The notes under the pieces were generated by a model. That model worked only from the letters and a program-made list of their open reading frames with translations, made no database searches and had not been told where the DNA came from. A DNA stretch of 64,000 nucleotides. It comes from Planctomycetota bacterium. GTDB taxonomy: Bacteria > Planctomycetota > UBA11346. Location: the NCBI GenBank assembly GCA_038231435.1, contig JBBRLJ010000025.1, positions 1-64,000 on the forward strand, given 5' to 3'. This document shows, one piece after another, positions 1 through 9,592 of this stretch (position 1 is the first letter of the stretch; each line of letters starts with the position of its first letter). The translations under genes were made by a program, and so were the position numbers.

Positions 1-62
1 CGCGGCCACCGCGGTTCCTCCGCGGCATGGCCTTGACGCCGATGCCGATAGCGACAATCGGC
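1..62 (-). promoter_or_regulatory. Partial copy of the structured leader found upstream of the four-helix-bundle genes (truncated by window edge)
   Basis: Minus strand reads GATTGTCGCTATCGGCATCGGCGTCAAGGCCATGCCGCGGAGGAACCGCGGTGGCCG, matching the leaders at 14438-14555 (+) and 15261-15375 (-). Confidence 0.65.
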
Positions 63-123
63 GCTAGGAGACTGAGGATCCAGGGAATCCGGAGATGGAT
101 GGATCCGCATGCCGATCTACCGA

Positions 124-199
124 GATCCGACGTCCGGGATCCGACGTCCGGGATCCGACGTCCGGGATCCGACGTCCGGGATCCGACGTCCGCGATCCG
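124..199. repeat. Tandem 14-bp repeat (GATCCGACGTCCGG) x~5, built from two heptads
   Basis: Read directly from the sequence. Confidence 0.95.
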
Positions 200-230
200 C
201 TGTCCGCCCTCCGCCTTCCGCTGACAACCG

Positions 231-286
231 ACAGCGGACAGCGGACAGCGGACAGCGGACAGCGGACAGCGGACAGCGGACAGCGG
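231..286. repeat. Heptamer array (ACAGCGG) x8
   Basis: Read directly; preceded by complementary CCGCTGT-like units at about 197-223. Confidence 0.95.
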
Positions 287-575
287 ACAACTGCGTCGCG
301 CGCACACGTGCCGTCGGCTGTCCCTTCGATCCTTCGATCTTTCTGACCTTCTCGCCTTCCTCCCAGACAAAGAGACCGGAGCTGCGAACGCGGGAAAGAT
401 TGAAGGCTCGAAGCTAGAAGGCTCGCAACCTCATCGAGCGCATTTCGCCGCTCCATCATCGATCAGTGAACGGAACCTCGCGCCCCCGAGACCGAGTTCC
501 GCACCCGTCCGCACGTGCAGTCCTTCGAGTCTTCTAGCCTTCTAGGGGCGCTCCCTCGGGCGCACCGCGGGCGTC

Positions 576-2552
576 TCAGCGCGCGGGACGCACGCGCGCG
601 GCTGGCACCACCTCGCGCGCATGGCCGGGCCACGACCACTCGAACTTGGCCATCGCGCCGCCGCCGCCCTGGAAGTACTCGAGCGTGATCTCGTACGACT
701 CTCCAGCCTTCAGCGCCACGCTCGCGGTGCTCTCGGTGGGCGCCTGGTCGCGCCACTGGTCGATCACCTGGTCGCGATCGATGCGCAGGCGCGTGCCGTC
801 GTCGGAAGTCACCGCGAAGGTGTAGGTGGCGGTCTCGGGCGCGGTCAACACCGCCGTCCAGCGCGCCGACCAGCCGCTCTGCCCGACGCCCGGCGCGGGT
901 CCGGCGGCGGACCAGTCGGCATCGATCGCGGTGTCGATGCGTTCGACGGCCGGGCCCGCCATGCCCGGCTGGGCGAAGTAGTGGCCGGCGAAGCCATCGG
1001 CATCACCGGCGCGCGCGATCAGCGAGGGCGGCGATAGCGCATCGACGCCGAGCGCCCGCACGCGGTAGCTGGCCTCGGCGGTTCCCTCGGCATCGGTCCA
1101 GGCGGTGGCGCCGGTGGCGCGGCCGACCTCGGTGAAGGCGACGCCATCGGCCGAGCGCTCGACCGCGTAGCCGGTCGCGGTGTCGTCGCCTGGTTTCCAC
1201 GACAGCGCCACGCCCTTCGCTCCGACGGTGGCGATCGCACGCAGCGCGAGCGGACGCGTCGGAGCGGCGGGCGCGATCGAGAACACGTGCGGCACTGGCT
1301 TGCGCAAGGCGTCGATGTCGGCCTCCATCGCCACGATCTGCGCGTCGAGGCGCGTCAGCTCGGCGGCACGCTTGGGCTCGATGTCGTCGCCCGCGAGCCA
1401 CGCCGGCGCTTCGAACAGCTGCACGGCGCGCCAGCGCGCATAGAACACGTTGTTCTTCTCGATCACCTTGGCCAGGATCTTCGCGCACTGCTCGCCGATC
1501 GGGCCGGCGGCGGTGGTCAGATTGATGCCGGCCGCGAGCTCGGCCGCCGAATAGCTGCCCACCGGACGATCGTCGATCGCCAGATCGTAGCTGCCCGGCT
1601 TGAGCTTGGTGACTGCGAGTTCGTAGCGGCTCAGACGCTGCAGCGGAGCGTAGCCCGGGATCTTCAGCGCCAGCCCAGCCTCAGACGGGATCGGCCACGG
1701 CAGGGCGGCATCGACGCGGCGCACCGCGATGCCCTTGGGCGGACCACCAGCGAGCACCTCGGCGTCGCAGCCCTGGTGATCGGTGATCGAGCGGCCGGCG
1801 CCATCGATCTCGAGGCGGCTGACCAGCGCCGGAGCGCCGAGACCGTCGAGGATCGCGGCGGCCATCACCAGATGTCCGGCCCAATTGGGATGCACGCCAT
1901 CCGGAATCAGCCGCGGATTGCCGCCGGTACCGAGCACGCCCGCCGAGCGACCCTTGGCGATGACGTCGAGGAACGGCGCGAACTGGTCGGCGAACCACGC
2001 CTGCTTGTCCTTGGCCACGGTCTTGCAGGCGGCCGAGAACTTCTCGAGCATGTGGTTGTAGCCACTGCCGCCTGGCTGGCCGTCCTCGTAGCGCTCCTCG
2101 GGGCTGGGGGTGAGTACCGCCACGCGCGAGCCCGCCTCCTGCAGCTGCGCGACCATCTTGGACATGCTCTCGGTGTAGAGCGGCAGGTTGTTGTCGCCGC
2201 CACGCGCATCGTTCATGCCGTAATCGATGGTCGCCGCCATCGGCTTGAGCGACAGCAGGTCGCGCTTCATGCCGGTGTCGAAGCCCTTGCGCAGCCCGAG
2301 CCACGAGACGTCGCCGCTCCAGCCGACATTGCGGAAGGTCACCTTCCACTCCGGAAAGCGGCTGAGCACGTAGGTCTCGATCAGCGTCGTGTACATGCGC
2401 TGTTCGGTGATGCTGTCGCCGATGAGGATGATCGGCCGATCGCCATCGTGGAAGAAGAAGTCCTGCGCCCGCGCGCTCGCGCCACCCAGGAACGACGCTG
2501 CGGAAAGCCCAGCCGCGAACGCGACGGAAGCGAAACGGATCGATGCGGTCAT
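576..2552 (-). CDS. Secreted SGNH/GDSL hydrolase with FN3-like and C-terminal PA14 domains
   Basis: Signal peptide; GDSIT, G..ND and DGVHP blocks; SDDG..L.ID and LEYFQGGG PA14 motifs; start trimmed to MTASIRF. Confidence 0.8.
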   Translation of the reverse strand: MTASIRFASVAFAAGLSAASFLGGASARAQDFFFHDGDRPIILIGDSITEQRMYTTLIETYVLSRFPEWKVTFRNVGWSGDVSWLGLRKGFDTGMKRDLLSLKPMAATIDYGMNDARGGDNNLPLYTESMSKMVAQLQEAGSRVAVLTPSPEERYEDGQPGGSGYNHMLEKFSAACKTVAKDKQAWFADQFAPFLDVIAKGRSAGVLGTGGNPRLIPDGVHPNWAGHLVMAAAILDGLGAPALVSRLEIDGAGRSITDHQGCDAEVLAGGPPKGIAVRRVDAALPWPIPSEAGLALKIPGYAPLQRLSRYELAVTKLKPGSYDLAIDDRPVGSYSAAELAAGINLTTAAGPIGEQCAKILAKVIEKNNVFYARWRAVQLFEAPAWLAGDDIEPKRAAELTRLDAQIVAMEADIDALRKPVPHVFSIAPAAPTRPLALRAIATVGAKGVALSWKPGDDTATGYAVERSADGVAFTEVGRATGATAWTDAEGTAEASYRVRALGVDALSPPSLIARAGDADGFAGHYFAQPGMAGPAVERIDTAIDADWSAAGPAPGVGQSGWSARWTAVLTAPETATYTFAVTSDDGTRLRIDRDQVIDQWRDQAPTESTASVALKAGESYEITLEYFQGGGGAMAKFEWSWPGHAREVVPAARVRPAR

Positions 2553-2599
2553 CCGCGAAGAGTATGGACCCGAACCAGGAAACCACCGACTTGCCGGGG

Positions 2600-2745
2600 C
2601 AATGGGAAGGGACAGGGAAAGTGACAGGGGAGTGGGATGGGGAGAGGGCTGCGGGGAAGGGAGGGAAGGGAGGGAGGGAAGGGAGGGAAGGGGAAGATCG
2701 AAGAGGGAAGGTGGGAAAGTAAGAAGGTGGGAAGGTAAGAATGCT
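2600..2745. repeat. Purine-rich low-complexity tract (GGGAAGGGA/GAAGG units)
   Basis: Read directly; mirrored by a pyrimidine-rich tract at about 2805-2895. Confidence 0.75.
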
Positions 2746-2837
2746 CGAAAACAACCGACGGCGGACGGCCGCAATGATCGAGGACTCCCGCTAACCGCTG
2801 TCCGCTTCCCTCTTCGATCTTCCCCCTTCTCACCTTC

Positions 2838-3599
2838 TTACCTTCTCACCTTCATCCTTTCTCCCTCCCCAATCTCCCCCTCCCTCCCCTCGATCACCTT
2901 CGCCTCGCCATGCCCTTTCCCGACGAGCGGAACATTCCCCATCGCGTTGTAGCAGCAGATATAACTCGTCCTCGGCTGGTCAGACGTATTCGGCTCCGAT
3001 GCATGCAGGGTGTTGCAATGGAAGAACAGCGCCGAGCCCGGCCGCGCCTCGACGTAGCGCACCGGCAGCAGGCGCTCGATCGCGCCGATGCGCGCGGGAT
3101 CGGCGCCGGTCTGGCGACCGACCGCGCCGTGATCGAGGCGGCCGAGGTGGTGCGATCCGACCAGCACCTTCAGGCAACCGTTGGCACGGGTCGCGCCGTC
3201 GAGCGCGATCAGGCACGATACCAGGCGCGGATACGGGCAGCCGTCGTGATACCAGTAGCCGTAGTCCTGATGCCATTCCCAGGCTCCTCCCACCTTGGGT
3301 TCCTTGAGCATCACCTTGCTGTGCCAATGGTAGACATCGTCGCGCAGCAGCTGGCGCGCGCCCTCGACCACGCGCGCGCTGGCGCTGACGTCACCGAAGA
3401 CGTCGTCGCCGAGCTCCATCCTCAGCGCCAGCTTGCTCGATCGCCCATCCGCATCGGGCATGTCGCCGGTCATCCCGCGCACGCGCTCGCCATCGCGGGC
3501 GTGCGTGGTCAGGAGGGCGGCCTCGCGCGCGCTGAACAGGTCCTCGACCAGCACGAAGCCGTCGCGGTCGAAGGAATCGAGCTGTTGGGGAGTGAGCAT
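2838..3599 (-). CDS. Phytanoyl-CoA dioxygenase (PhyH) family Fe(II)/2OG oxygenase
   Basis: MLTPQQLDSFDRDGF start, WHQD motif, NGCL..L.GSH, H..EPN.S..PR. Confidence 0.85.
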   Translation of the reverse strand: MLTPQQLDSFDRDGFVLVEDLFSAREAALLTTHARDGERVRGMTGDMPDADGRSSKLALRMELGDDVFGDVSASARVVEGARQLLRDDVYHWHSKVMLKEPKVGGAWEWHQDYGYWYHDGCPYPRLVSCLIALDGATRANGCLKVLVGSHHLGRLDHGAVGRQTGADPARIGAIERLLPVRYVEARPGSALFFHCNTLHASEPNTSDQPRTSYICCYNAMGNVPLVGKGHGEAKVIEGREGEIGEGERMKVRR

Positions 3600-3945
3600 G
3601 GGAGGAGATCCTGGGGAGGAGAGAGGGAGAAGAATGAAGGGGGAAGATGGAAGATCGAAGATGCGGAGATGCGGAGATGCGGAGAGCGTCACGGAGGCCG
3701 AGTACGCGCGGGTCCACGTTTCTTCAACCCGGAACGCCGCGCAGCGGCGTTGATACAGCGAGGCGAAAGCGGAAAGGCGTGATGGGCTGGATAAATCCGT
3801 CAAGAGAAATCCGGCGTCCTCGACCTGAGTCTCCTTCGACCAACATATCCGCATACCCATGAGCCATTCCATGGATCTAAGCCCTTCGGGATGGACTAAT
3901 CCGATATGCCGATTCCTACGCATGGCGTAGGGCTATCCTTCCACC

Positions 3946-4680
3946 ATGGCCAACCTGCTCTCCATCGGCGCCTTGACCAAGCCGTGGCAGAGCTGCCCGG
4001 TCCACCAGCACGACTGCTGGGAGTTCGTGATCTATACCCGCGGCGAGGGCGTGGCGACCATCGGCGAGCAGCCGATCGCCTTCACGCCGGGCACGATCAT
4101 TTGCATGCCGCCGCGCATCCCGCACCGCGAGCATGCGCCGCGCGGCTACACCAACATCCACATGTCGATCGCGCGCTACGCGGCACGCGGGGCCGAGGTG
4201 CCGGTGTTCAACGACGATGCCAACCAGTCGTTCCTGCATGTGGCGCAGCTCCTGCACCGCGAGTTCCACCTGCGGCATGCGCGCTGGCAGCTGATCTGTC
4301 AGGACCTCTGCGCTTTGCTGCTGCGCTACCTCGAGCGCTGGTCCGACGCGGGCAGCTCGGCGCCGCTGGTCGATCGCATCAAGAACTTGCTGCTCGGGGG
4401 ACTGGCCGACGGCGACTTCTCAGTCGGCGATGCGCTCGCCACCCTCCCCTGCAGTGCCGACCATGCGCGACGGATCTTCCTGGCCGCCACCGGCATCACC
4501 CCGAAGCGCTACCTCGCCGACCTGCGCGTGCACGAGGCCAAACAGCTGCTCGCCAGCGGCTGCACCGTCGGCGAGGCGGCGGCGCACGTCGGCATGGATG
4601 ATCCCTACTACTTCTCGCGCATGTTCCGCAAGCACGCCGGAGCCAGTCCGTCACGGTGGCTGGCGGAGCAGGGAGAGTAG
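3946..4680 (+). CDS. AraC family transcriptional regulator
   Basis: Cupin HQH..WE motif; C-terminal HTH VG.DDPYYFSRMFRKH.G.SP. Confidence 0.9.
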   Translation: MANLLSIGALTKPWQSCPVHQHDCWEFVIYTRGEGVATIGEQPIAFTPGTIICMPPRIPHREHAPRGYTNIHMSIARYAARGAEVPVFNDDANQSFLHVAQLLHREFHLRHARWQLICQDLCALLLRYLERWSDAGSSAPLVDRIKNLLLGGLADGDFSVGDALATLPCSADHARRIFLAATGITPKRYLADLRVHEAKQLLASGCTVGEAAAHVGMDDPYYFSRMFRKHAGASPSRWLAEQGE

Positions 4681-4743
4681 GAAGGGGGAGAAGGGAGTTG
4701 GAGGGGAGAAGGGAGAAGAGGGAAGGGGGAAGGGGGAAGGGGG

Positions 4744-4778
4744 AAGCTCGAAGCTCGAAGCTCGAAGCTCGAAGCTCG
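4744..4778. repeat. Heptamer array (AAGCTCG) x5
   Basis: Read directly. Confidence 0.95.
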
Positions 4779-5021
4779 AAGCGGATAGCGGATTGCTGAC
4801 CACAGCAAGCAGAGGGCGGGTGGCAGATTTCGGACGGCGGAAAGCCCGCCCGCCTCCCTCTTGCCTCCGTCCCACGTCACCGACCATGCGAGTCCGTTTC
4901 CCGCCGTCCGCTGCCCGCTGTCCGCTCTCAGCTTTCCGCTGTCCGCTTCCATCTTCCATCTTCTCACTTCTCACTTCCCCCTTCTCCCTCCCTCCCCCCT
5001 TCCCCTCGCCCTAGGACCTCC

Positions 5022-5477
5022 ATGAAAGCCATCATCCACACCCCGCACGGCGACATCAATGTCAGCCTCTTCCCCACCACCGCTCCGAAGACCGTCGAGA
5101 ACTTCGTGAAGCTGGCGAAGAGCGGCTACTACAATGGCCTCGCCTTCCATCGCGTGGTGCCCAACTTCGTCATCCAGGGCGGCTGCCCCAACACCAAGGA
5201 AGGCGCCAAGGGCCGTCCCGGAACCGGTGGCCCCGGCTACACCATCAAGTGCGAACTCGGAGCCACCAACACCGAACGCCATAGCCCCGGCACCCTGAGC
5301 ATGGCCCACGCCGGCAAGGATTCCGGCGGCAGCCAGTTCTTCGTCACCCACAAGGCCACGCCCCACCTCGATGGCGTGCACACCGTCTTCGGCCGCATCG
5401 CCACCCCGAAGGATCTCGACGTCGTCAACAAGGTCCGCGAAGGCGACCGCTTCAGCGTCGACATCATCGAGGAGTGA
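5022..5477 (+). CDS. Cyclophilin-type peptidyl-prolyl cis-trans isomerase
   Basis: [39 protein letters not shown]. Confidence 0.95.
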   Translation: MKAIIHTPHGDINVSLFPTTAPKTVENFVKLAKSGYYNGLAFHRVVPNFVIQGGCPNTKEGAKGRPGTGGPGYTIKCELGATNTERHSPGTLSMAHAGKDSGGSQFFVTHKATPHLDGVHTVFGRIATPKDLDVVNKVREGDRFSVDIIEE

Positions 5478-5483
5478 CTGTCG

Positions 5484-5529
5484 GTTGGGGGGCTACGGCC
5501 CCCCAACATCGCGCTCCGCGCTGCCCCCC
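5484..5529 (+). repeat. REP-like hairpin element, copy 1
   Basis: GTTGGGGGGCTACGGCCCCCCAACATCG...CTGCCCCC; similar copies near 37211, 51141 and 54199. Confidence 0.75.
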
Positions 5530-5593
5530 TCGAAGAAACGGGACGGTTAGGAAAGGGGGCCGGGCTGCGTTCATCGCGCATGTCGTATGGCGC

Positions 5594-5654
5594 GCTTCCC
5601 GCTTTCTGCTTTCTGCTTTCTGCTTTCCGCTTTCCGCTTTCCGCTTTCCGCTTT
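5594..5654. repeat. Heptamer array (GCTTTCY) x~8
   Basis: Read directly. Confidence 0.9.
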
Positions 5655-5663
5655 GAGGAACCC

Positions 5664-6326
5664 ATGCACCCTCTCTCCGCCGCGCAAATGGAATTCCTCG
5701 ATCTGCTGGTCGAGCGCCAGGCCCTTAAATTCGGCGACTTTACCCTGAAATCCGGGCGCAAGAGTCCCTACTTCGTCAACACCGGCTGCTTCCACCATGG
5801 CTCCGACATCGCCAAGCTCGGGCGAGCATACGCGGACGCCATCCGTCGCACCTTCGGCGACTCGGTACAGGTGGTGTTCGGACCTGCGTACAAGGGCATC
5901 CCGCTGGCGCTCGGCGCCGCGCAGGCGTACGAGCAGCTGGTCGGCCACGCGGTTGGTTGGGCATATGACCGCAAGGAAGCCAAGGATCATGGCGATGGCG
6001 GCTCGTTCGTGGGCGCGCCGCTGAAGGCCGGCACCAGGGTGGTGGTGGTCGACGACGTCATCACTGCCGGCACCGCCGCGCGAGAGACCATGGCCAAGCT
6101 GAAGCCGCTCGGCCTGTCCATCGTCGGCATCGTGGTCGCGGTCGATCGCCAGGAAAAAGGCACGGGCGCGGACGGGAAGAGCGCGCTGCAGGAGCTCGCC
6201 GCCGAGTTCGGCATCCCCGTGGTCGCGGGCATCACCATCACCGAAGCCGCGGATCAGCTGGTCGCGTCAGGGCGGATGGCTACGGAGCAGCGCGAACGCA
6301 TCGCCGCCTATCTCGGGGCGAGATAG
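5664..6326 (+). CDS. pyrE: Orotate phosphoribosyltransferase
   Basis: FTLKSGRKSPYF, FGPAYKGIP, RKEAKDHG, VVDDVITAG. Confidence 0.95.
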   Translation: MHPLSAAQMEFLDLLVERQALKFGDFTLKSGRKSPYFVNTGCFHHGSDIAKLGRAYADAIRRTFGDSVQVVFGPAYKGIPLALGAAQAYEQLVGHAVGWAYDRKEAKDHGDGGSFVGAPLKAGTRVVVVDDVITAGTAARETMAKLKPLGLSIVGIVVAVDRQEKGTGADGKSALQELAAEFGIPVVAGITITEAADQLVASGRMATEQRERIAAYLGAR

Positions 6327-6426
6327 GCGGAGTCAGTCGTCGACAGCGGAAAGCGGAAAGCGGCCATACCGCATGCCCGTGACCATTGTTGCGCTATCAA
6401 CGACGGACCGCGGACGACGGACGCTC

Positions 6427-7515
6427 TCAGGGCAGCATCAGCAGCAGCACCGCCGCCGCGCCCACCGTGTCCGCCTTGTTGGCGGTCTCGTTCCAATAGA
6501 AGATCTCGCCGTTGAGCATCACCTGCTTGCGCGGCTTGGTCAGCACGGCGACGGCGAATTCGATCACCTCGTTGCTGCCGGCCGCGAAGCCACGCTCGAC
6601 GTAGTCGATCATGAATGTGCCGGAGACGCGCGGATCGAAGCGATAGTTGGCCATCGCCAGGGCGACCAGGTCGTTGCCGTAGTGCTCGCCGGCGATGGTG
6701 AGCGTCGGATGGCGGTGGACCTGGATCTCGCCGGCGAAGAACCAGCCCTGGCTCTTGAAGGCGGTGATGTCGGCGTTCACGTCGATCGCGAAGGCGTTGT
6801 CAGAGGTGTTCGCGCTGCCGTTGTTGACCGCTTTCGGATCGAAGGCCATGCCGAGCTCGAAGCGGCCCACGCCGGGCGGTTTCCACGCCACGCTCGCGCC
6901 CACCGCCTTGTCGGCCGGGCGCTGGCCGGGGCCATCGCCGAGCACGTCGTCCACCACGAACACGCCCGCCGTGATCGGCTTGTCGGGCACGCTGAACATC
7001 GCGCCGATGCCGTCCGATAGGAATGGCCGCGCCGGGGCGAGACCGTGGTTCTGCACATTCCATTCCCACGCCGCCGAATGGTTGACGCGCCACAGCTCGG
7101 GGGTGTGGAAGCCTTCCCAGCCGAGCCAGGTGTTCTGGAATCGTCCGGCACGGATGGTGACCAGGGGGTCGGCCTTCCAATCGATGAAGCACTGCTCGAG
7201 CAGGACGTTGTCGCCGTCGTACTGGTCGCGGCTGGCGAAGATCACGTCCGAGCGCAGCACGAAGTCCTCGTAGGCGTAGCCGATCTTCAGGGTCAGATCG
7301 CTCGGGAAATCGATGTAGGTCTCATCACGCGCCCCGGGAGTACCGAAGGTGGTGTTGTGCGGATTGTTCGCCTGGCGGTTGCCGACCTCGGTGAACGCCT
7401 CGCCATAGCCATTGAGGGTCAACCCCGAACCCGGCGACAGCTCGACCGCCGGCAGCGCCGCGGCGAGCGTCATCGAGGCGATGGTGGCGACAGTAGCGAC
7501 GATCGGCAGGCGCAT
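6427..7515 (-). CDS. Putative outer-membrane beta-barrel/porin
   Basis: Signal peptide, LEQCFIDW...IRAGRF porin-like segment, amphipathic beta strands. Confidence 0.6.
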   Translation of the reverse strand: MRLPIVATVATIASMTLAAALPAVELSPGSGLTLNGYGEAFTEVGNRQANNPHNTTFGTPGARDETYIDFPSDLTLKIGYAYEDFVLRSDVIFASRDQYDGDNVLLEQCFIDWKADPLVTIRAGRFQNTWLGWEGFHTPELWRVNHSAAWEWNVQNHGLAPARPFLSDGIGAMFSVPDKPITAGVFVVDDVLGDGPGQRPADKAVGASVAWKPPGVGRFELGMAFDPKAVNNGSANTSDNAFAIDVNADITAFKSQGWFFAGEIQVHRHPTLTIAGEHYGNDLVALAMANYRFDPRVSGTFMIDYVERGFAAGSNEVIEFAVAVLTKPRKQVMLNGEIFYWNETANKADTVGAAAVLLLMLP

Positions 7516-7719
7516 GGCGGTTCCTCGAAAAAGGACTGCAGGGCAGAGGGGTTACGTTCATGAACGTCACCCGGATGTACAGTCCCCTGATCCGCCCAGC
7601 CAGCAGGCGAGTCAATCTGTTGGGCGGCGGCATGGCGTATGTGCCAGCAGTCCGCTCTCCGCTTTCCGCTTCTCCTCTTCCCTCTTCCCTCTTCCCCCTT
7701 CTCCCCTCTCCCCTTCCCT

Positions 7720-9459
7720 CTACTTCCGATACCTGATCGTCATCTTCCCAAACTCCCCGGGACTGTCTCCCCCTCCCTGGACATACAGCAGCAGTTCGAT
7801 CGGCGCTCCGGCGATGGGAACGGGTGGGAGTTCGATGCCAGCGACCTCGACGGCCATGGTCTTGCCGATCACGGTGATCGAGAACGGCATCTCCTTGGTC
7901 GACGGCGTGGTGCCGGTGCGCTGCGGCGCGCCGTAGGGTTTGTCGCGGGTGCCCGCATCGATCGAGATGCTCGAGGTGGTACCCAGCGATTTCACCGACA
8001 GGGCATAGGCACGGCCATCGGCGATCGCCGCGCCGACCGACATCGCCAGGCTCGAACCGGGGCGCAGCACGCCCTCGACCTTCCAGGGCGGCGCCGTGAT
8101 CGGATGGGTGAGCACGCCGGCCGATCCGCTCACCGCGTCGAGGCTCTCCTCGGACGGCGCGAACTGCCCGCCCTCGAGCGGCGTCCAGCCCTCGAGCATG
8201 GTGGTGTGCGCGGTGCCGAAGAGCGGCTGCGCGTCGCCGAAGGCGACGGTGGCGGCAGGGCCTTCCACCGCGGTGGCTCCCGCGGGAGCCGTGGTGCCAG
8301 TCGTGGCCGCCGCCGTGGACGGGGTGGGCGATGCCTTCGTGGATGGGCGCGTCAAGGCGAACGCCGCGACCGCGATCAGCGCCGCGGCGCCGACCACGCC
8401 GATGACCAGCGGCGTCTTCGACGGCTTCGCCGCGCCGCGCTGGGCGCGGTTCGGATCGGCGGCGATGGCGTCGCAGCGCGCGATCAGATCCTGGTAGCTC
8501 TGCGGGCGATGGGTCTTGTCGCGCGCGAGCATGATGCCGACCAGATCGCAGACGCCGCGCGGCAACGATTGGCGCTGCGACTGCGGATTGGGCACGATGC
8601 CCGAGACCTTGAGGCTGAGGATCTCGCCGAGCGTGCGGCTGCTGAAGGCCGGCGAGCCGGTGAGCGCGTGGTAGAGCACGCAGCCGAGCCCGTAGATGTC
8701 GGCGCGGAAATCGACGTGCTCGGGATCGTCGAACTGCTCTGGCGCCATCGTCGCGGGCGTGCCCATCAGCACGCCCTGCATGGTCAGGTGCATCTCGCCG
8801 CCGCCGCTGCCATCCTTGGCGCTCGGGCGCGCGAGGCCGAGATCGACCAGCTTCACCACCCATGGGAATTCGCCGGGCGCGGTCTTCTCACGCGTGGCGA
8901 GCAGCACGTTCTCGGGCTTCACGTCGCGATGGATGATGCCGCAGCTATTGGCGTGCTCGAGCGCGCGCGCGAGGTCCCGGATCACCGCGATGCCCTGCTC
9001 CGGCGCGAGCGGGCCGTTCTTGGCGACATAGTCGCGCAGGTTCGGCCCGTCGATGAATTCCATCACCAGGTAGGGGTTGGCGTCGGCGGTGACGCCGGCC
9101 TGGTAGCACGCGACGATGTGCGGGTGCGACAATCCGGCGAGGATCTTGGCCTCGCGCTGGAAGCGCTTGACGTAGTCCTCGCTGCCACTGCCCTTCTGCA
9201 GAAGCAGCAACTTGACCGCGACCCGCCGATCGAGGTAGGGCTGGCGTCCACGGTAGACCACGCCCATGCCGCCACGGCCGATCTCGCCCTCGATCTGTAC
9301 GTCGGGGATGGTGGGCGGAGTCATCGGCACCGTCGGCTCGCCGCCACCGGAACCGGTGGAAGGCGTGCCGGCCAGGTTCGCCTGCGTCGCCTGGGTCTCG
9401 GACATGTGCGCGCGCTCGGCCGGGGTCTGGACGATGGTCTTGTCGTGGCGGGCGGTCAT
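7720..9459 (-). CDS. Membrane-anchored Hanks-type Ser/Thr protein kinase
   Basis: GRGGMGVVY, VAVK, HRDVKPEN, DLG, APE, DIYGLG; one TM helix then an extracytoplasmic domain; start uncertain. Confidence 0.9.
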   Translation of the reverse strand: MTARHDKTIVQTPAERAHMSETQATQANLAGTPSTGSGGGEPTVPMTPPTIPDVQIEGEIGRGGMGVVYRGRQPYLDRRVAVKLLLLQKGSGSEDYVKRFQREAKILAGLSHPHIVACYQAGVTADANPYLVMEFIDGPNLRDYVAKNGPLAPEQGIAVIRDLARALEHANSCGIIHRDVKPENVLLATREKTAPGEFPWVVKLVDLGLARPSAKDGSGGGEMHLTMQGVLMGTPATMAPEQFDDPEHVDFRADIYGLGCVLYHALTGSPAFSSRTLGEILSLKVSGIVPNPQSQRQSLPRGVCDLVGIMLARDKTHRPQSYQDLIARCDAIAADPNRAQRGAAKPSKTPLVIGVVGAAALIAVAAFALTRPSTKASPTPSTAAATTGTTAPAGATAVEGPAATVAFGDAQPLFGTAHTTMLEGWTPLEGGQFAPSEESLDAVSGSAGVLTHPITAPPWKVEGVLRPGSSLAMSVGAAIADGRAYALSVKSLGTTSSISIDAGTRDKPYGAPQRTGTTPSTKEMPFSITVIGKTMAVEVAGIELPPVPIAGAPIELLLYVQGGGDSPGEFGKMTIRYRK

Positions 9460-9592
9460 CGCGGAGCGCTCCACGCATCTCTCCGCGCATCTCTCCGCGC
9501 ATCGTTCAGCGTATCCGCTCGGCGCGTGCACGCGCCCGAGGCGCGCGCGGATGCCGGCTGGCTGAGGCGGGTGGTGTCCATGCCGATCGAGC

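Noticed and set aside
124..286. Possible CRISPR array
   Set aside because: The repeats are contiguous with no unique spacers, and there are no cas genes
27..459. Overlapping ORFs with repetitive peptides (SDVRDPT, GQRTADS)
   Set aside because: They are translations of 7/14-nt DNA repeats that stay open in several frames, not plausible proteins
3690..3945. Lower-GC spacer with a small palindrome CCTACGC-ATG-GCGTAGG
   Set aside because: Could be a divergent promoter region, but no recognisable RNA or gene remnant could be supported
9470..9505. 12-bp tandem repeat CGCATCTCTCCG upstream of the kinase
   Set aside because: Only two to three copies and no link to other elements; probably local slippage
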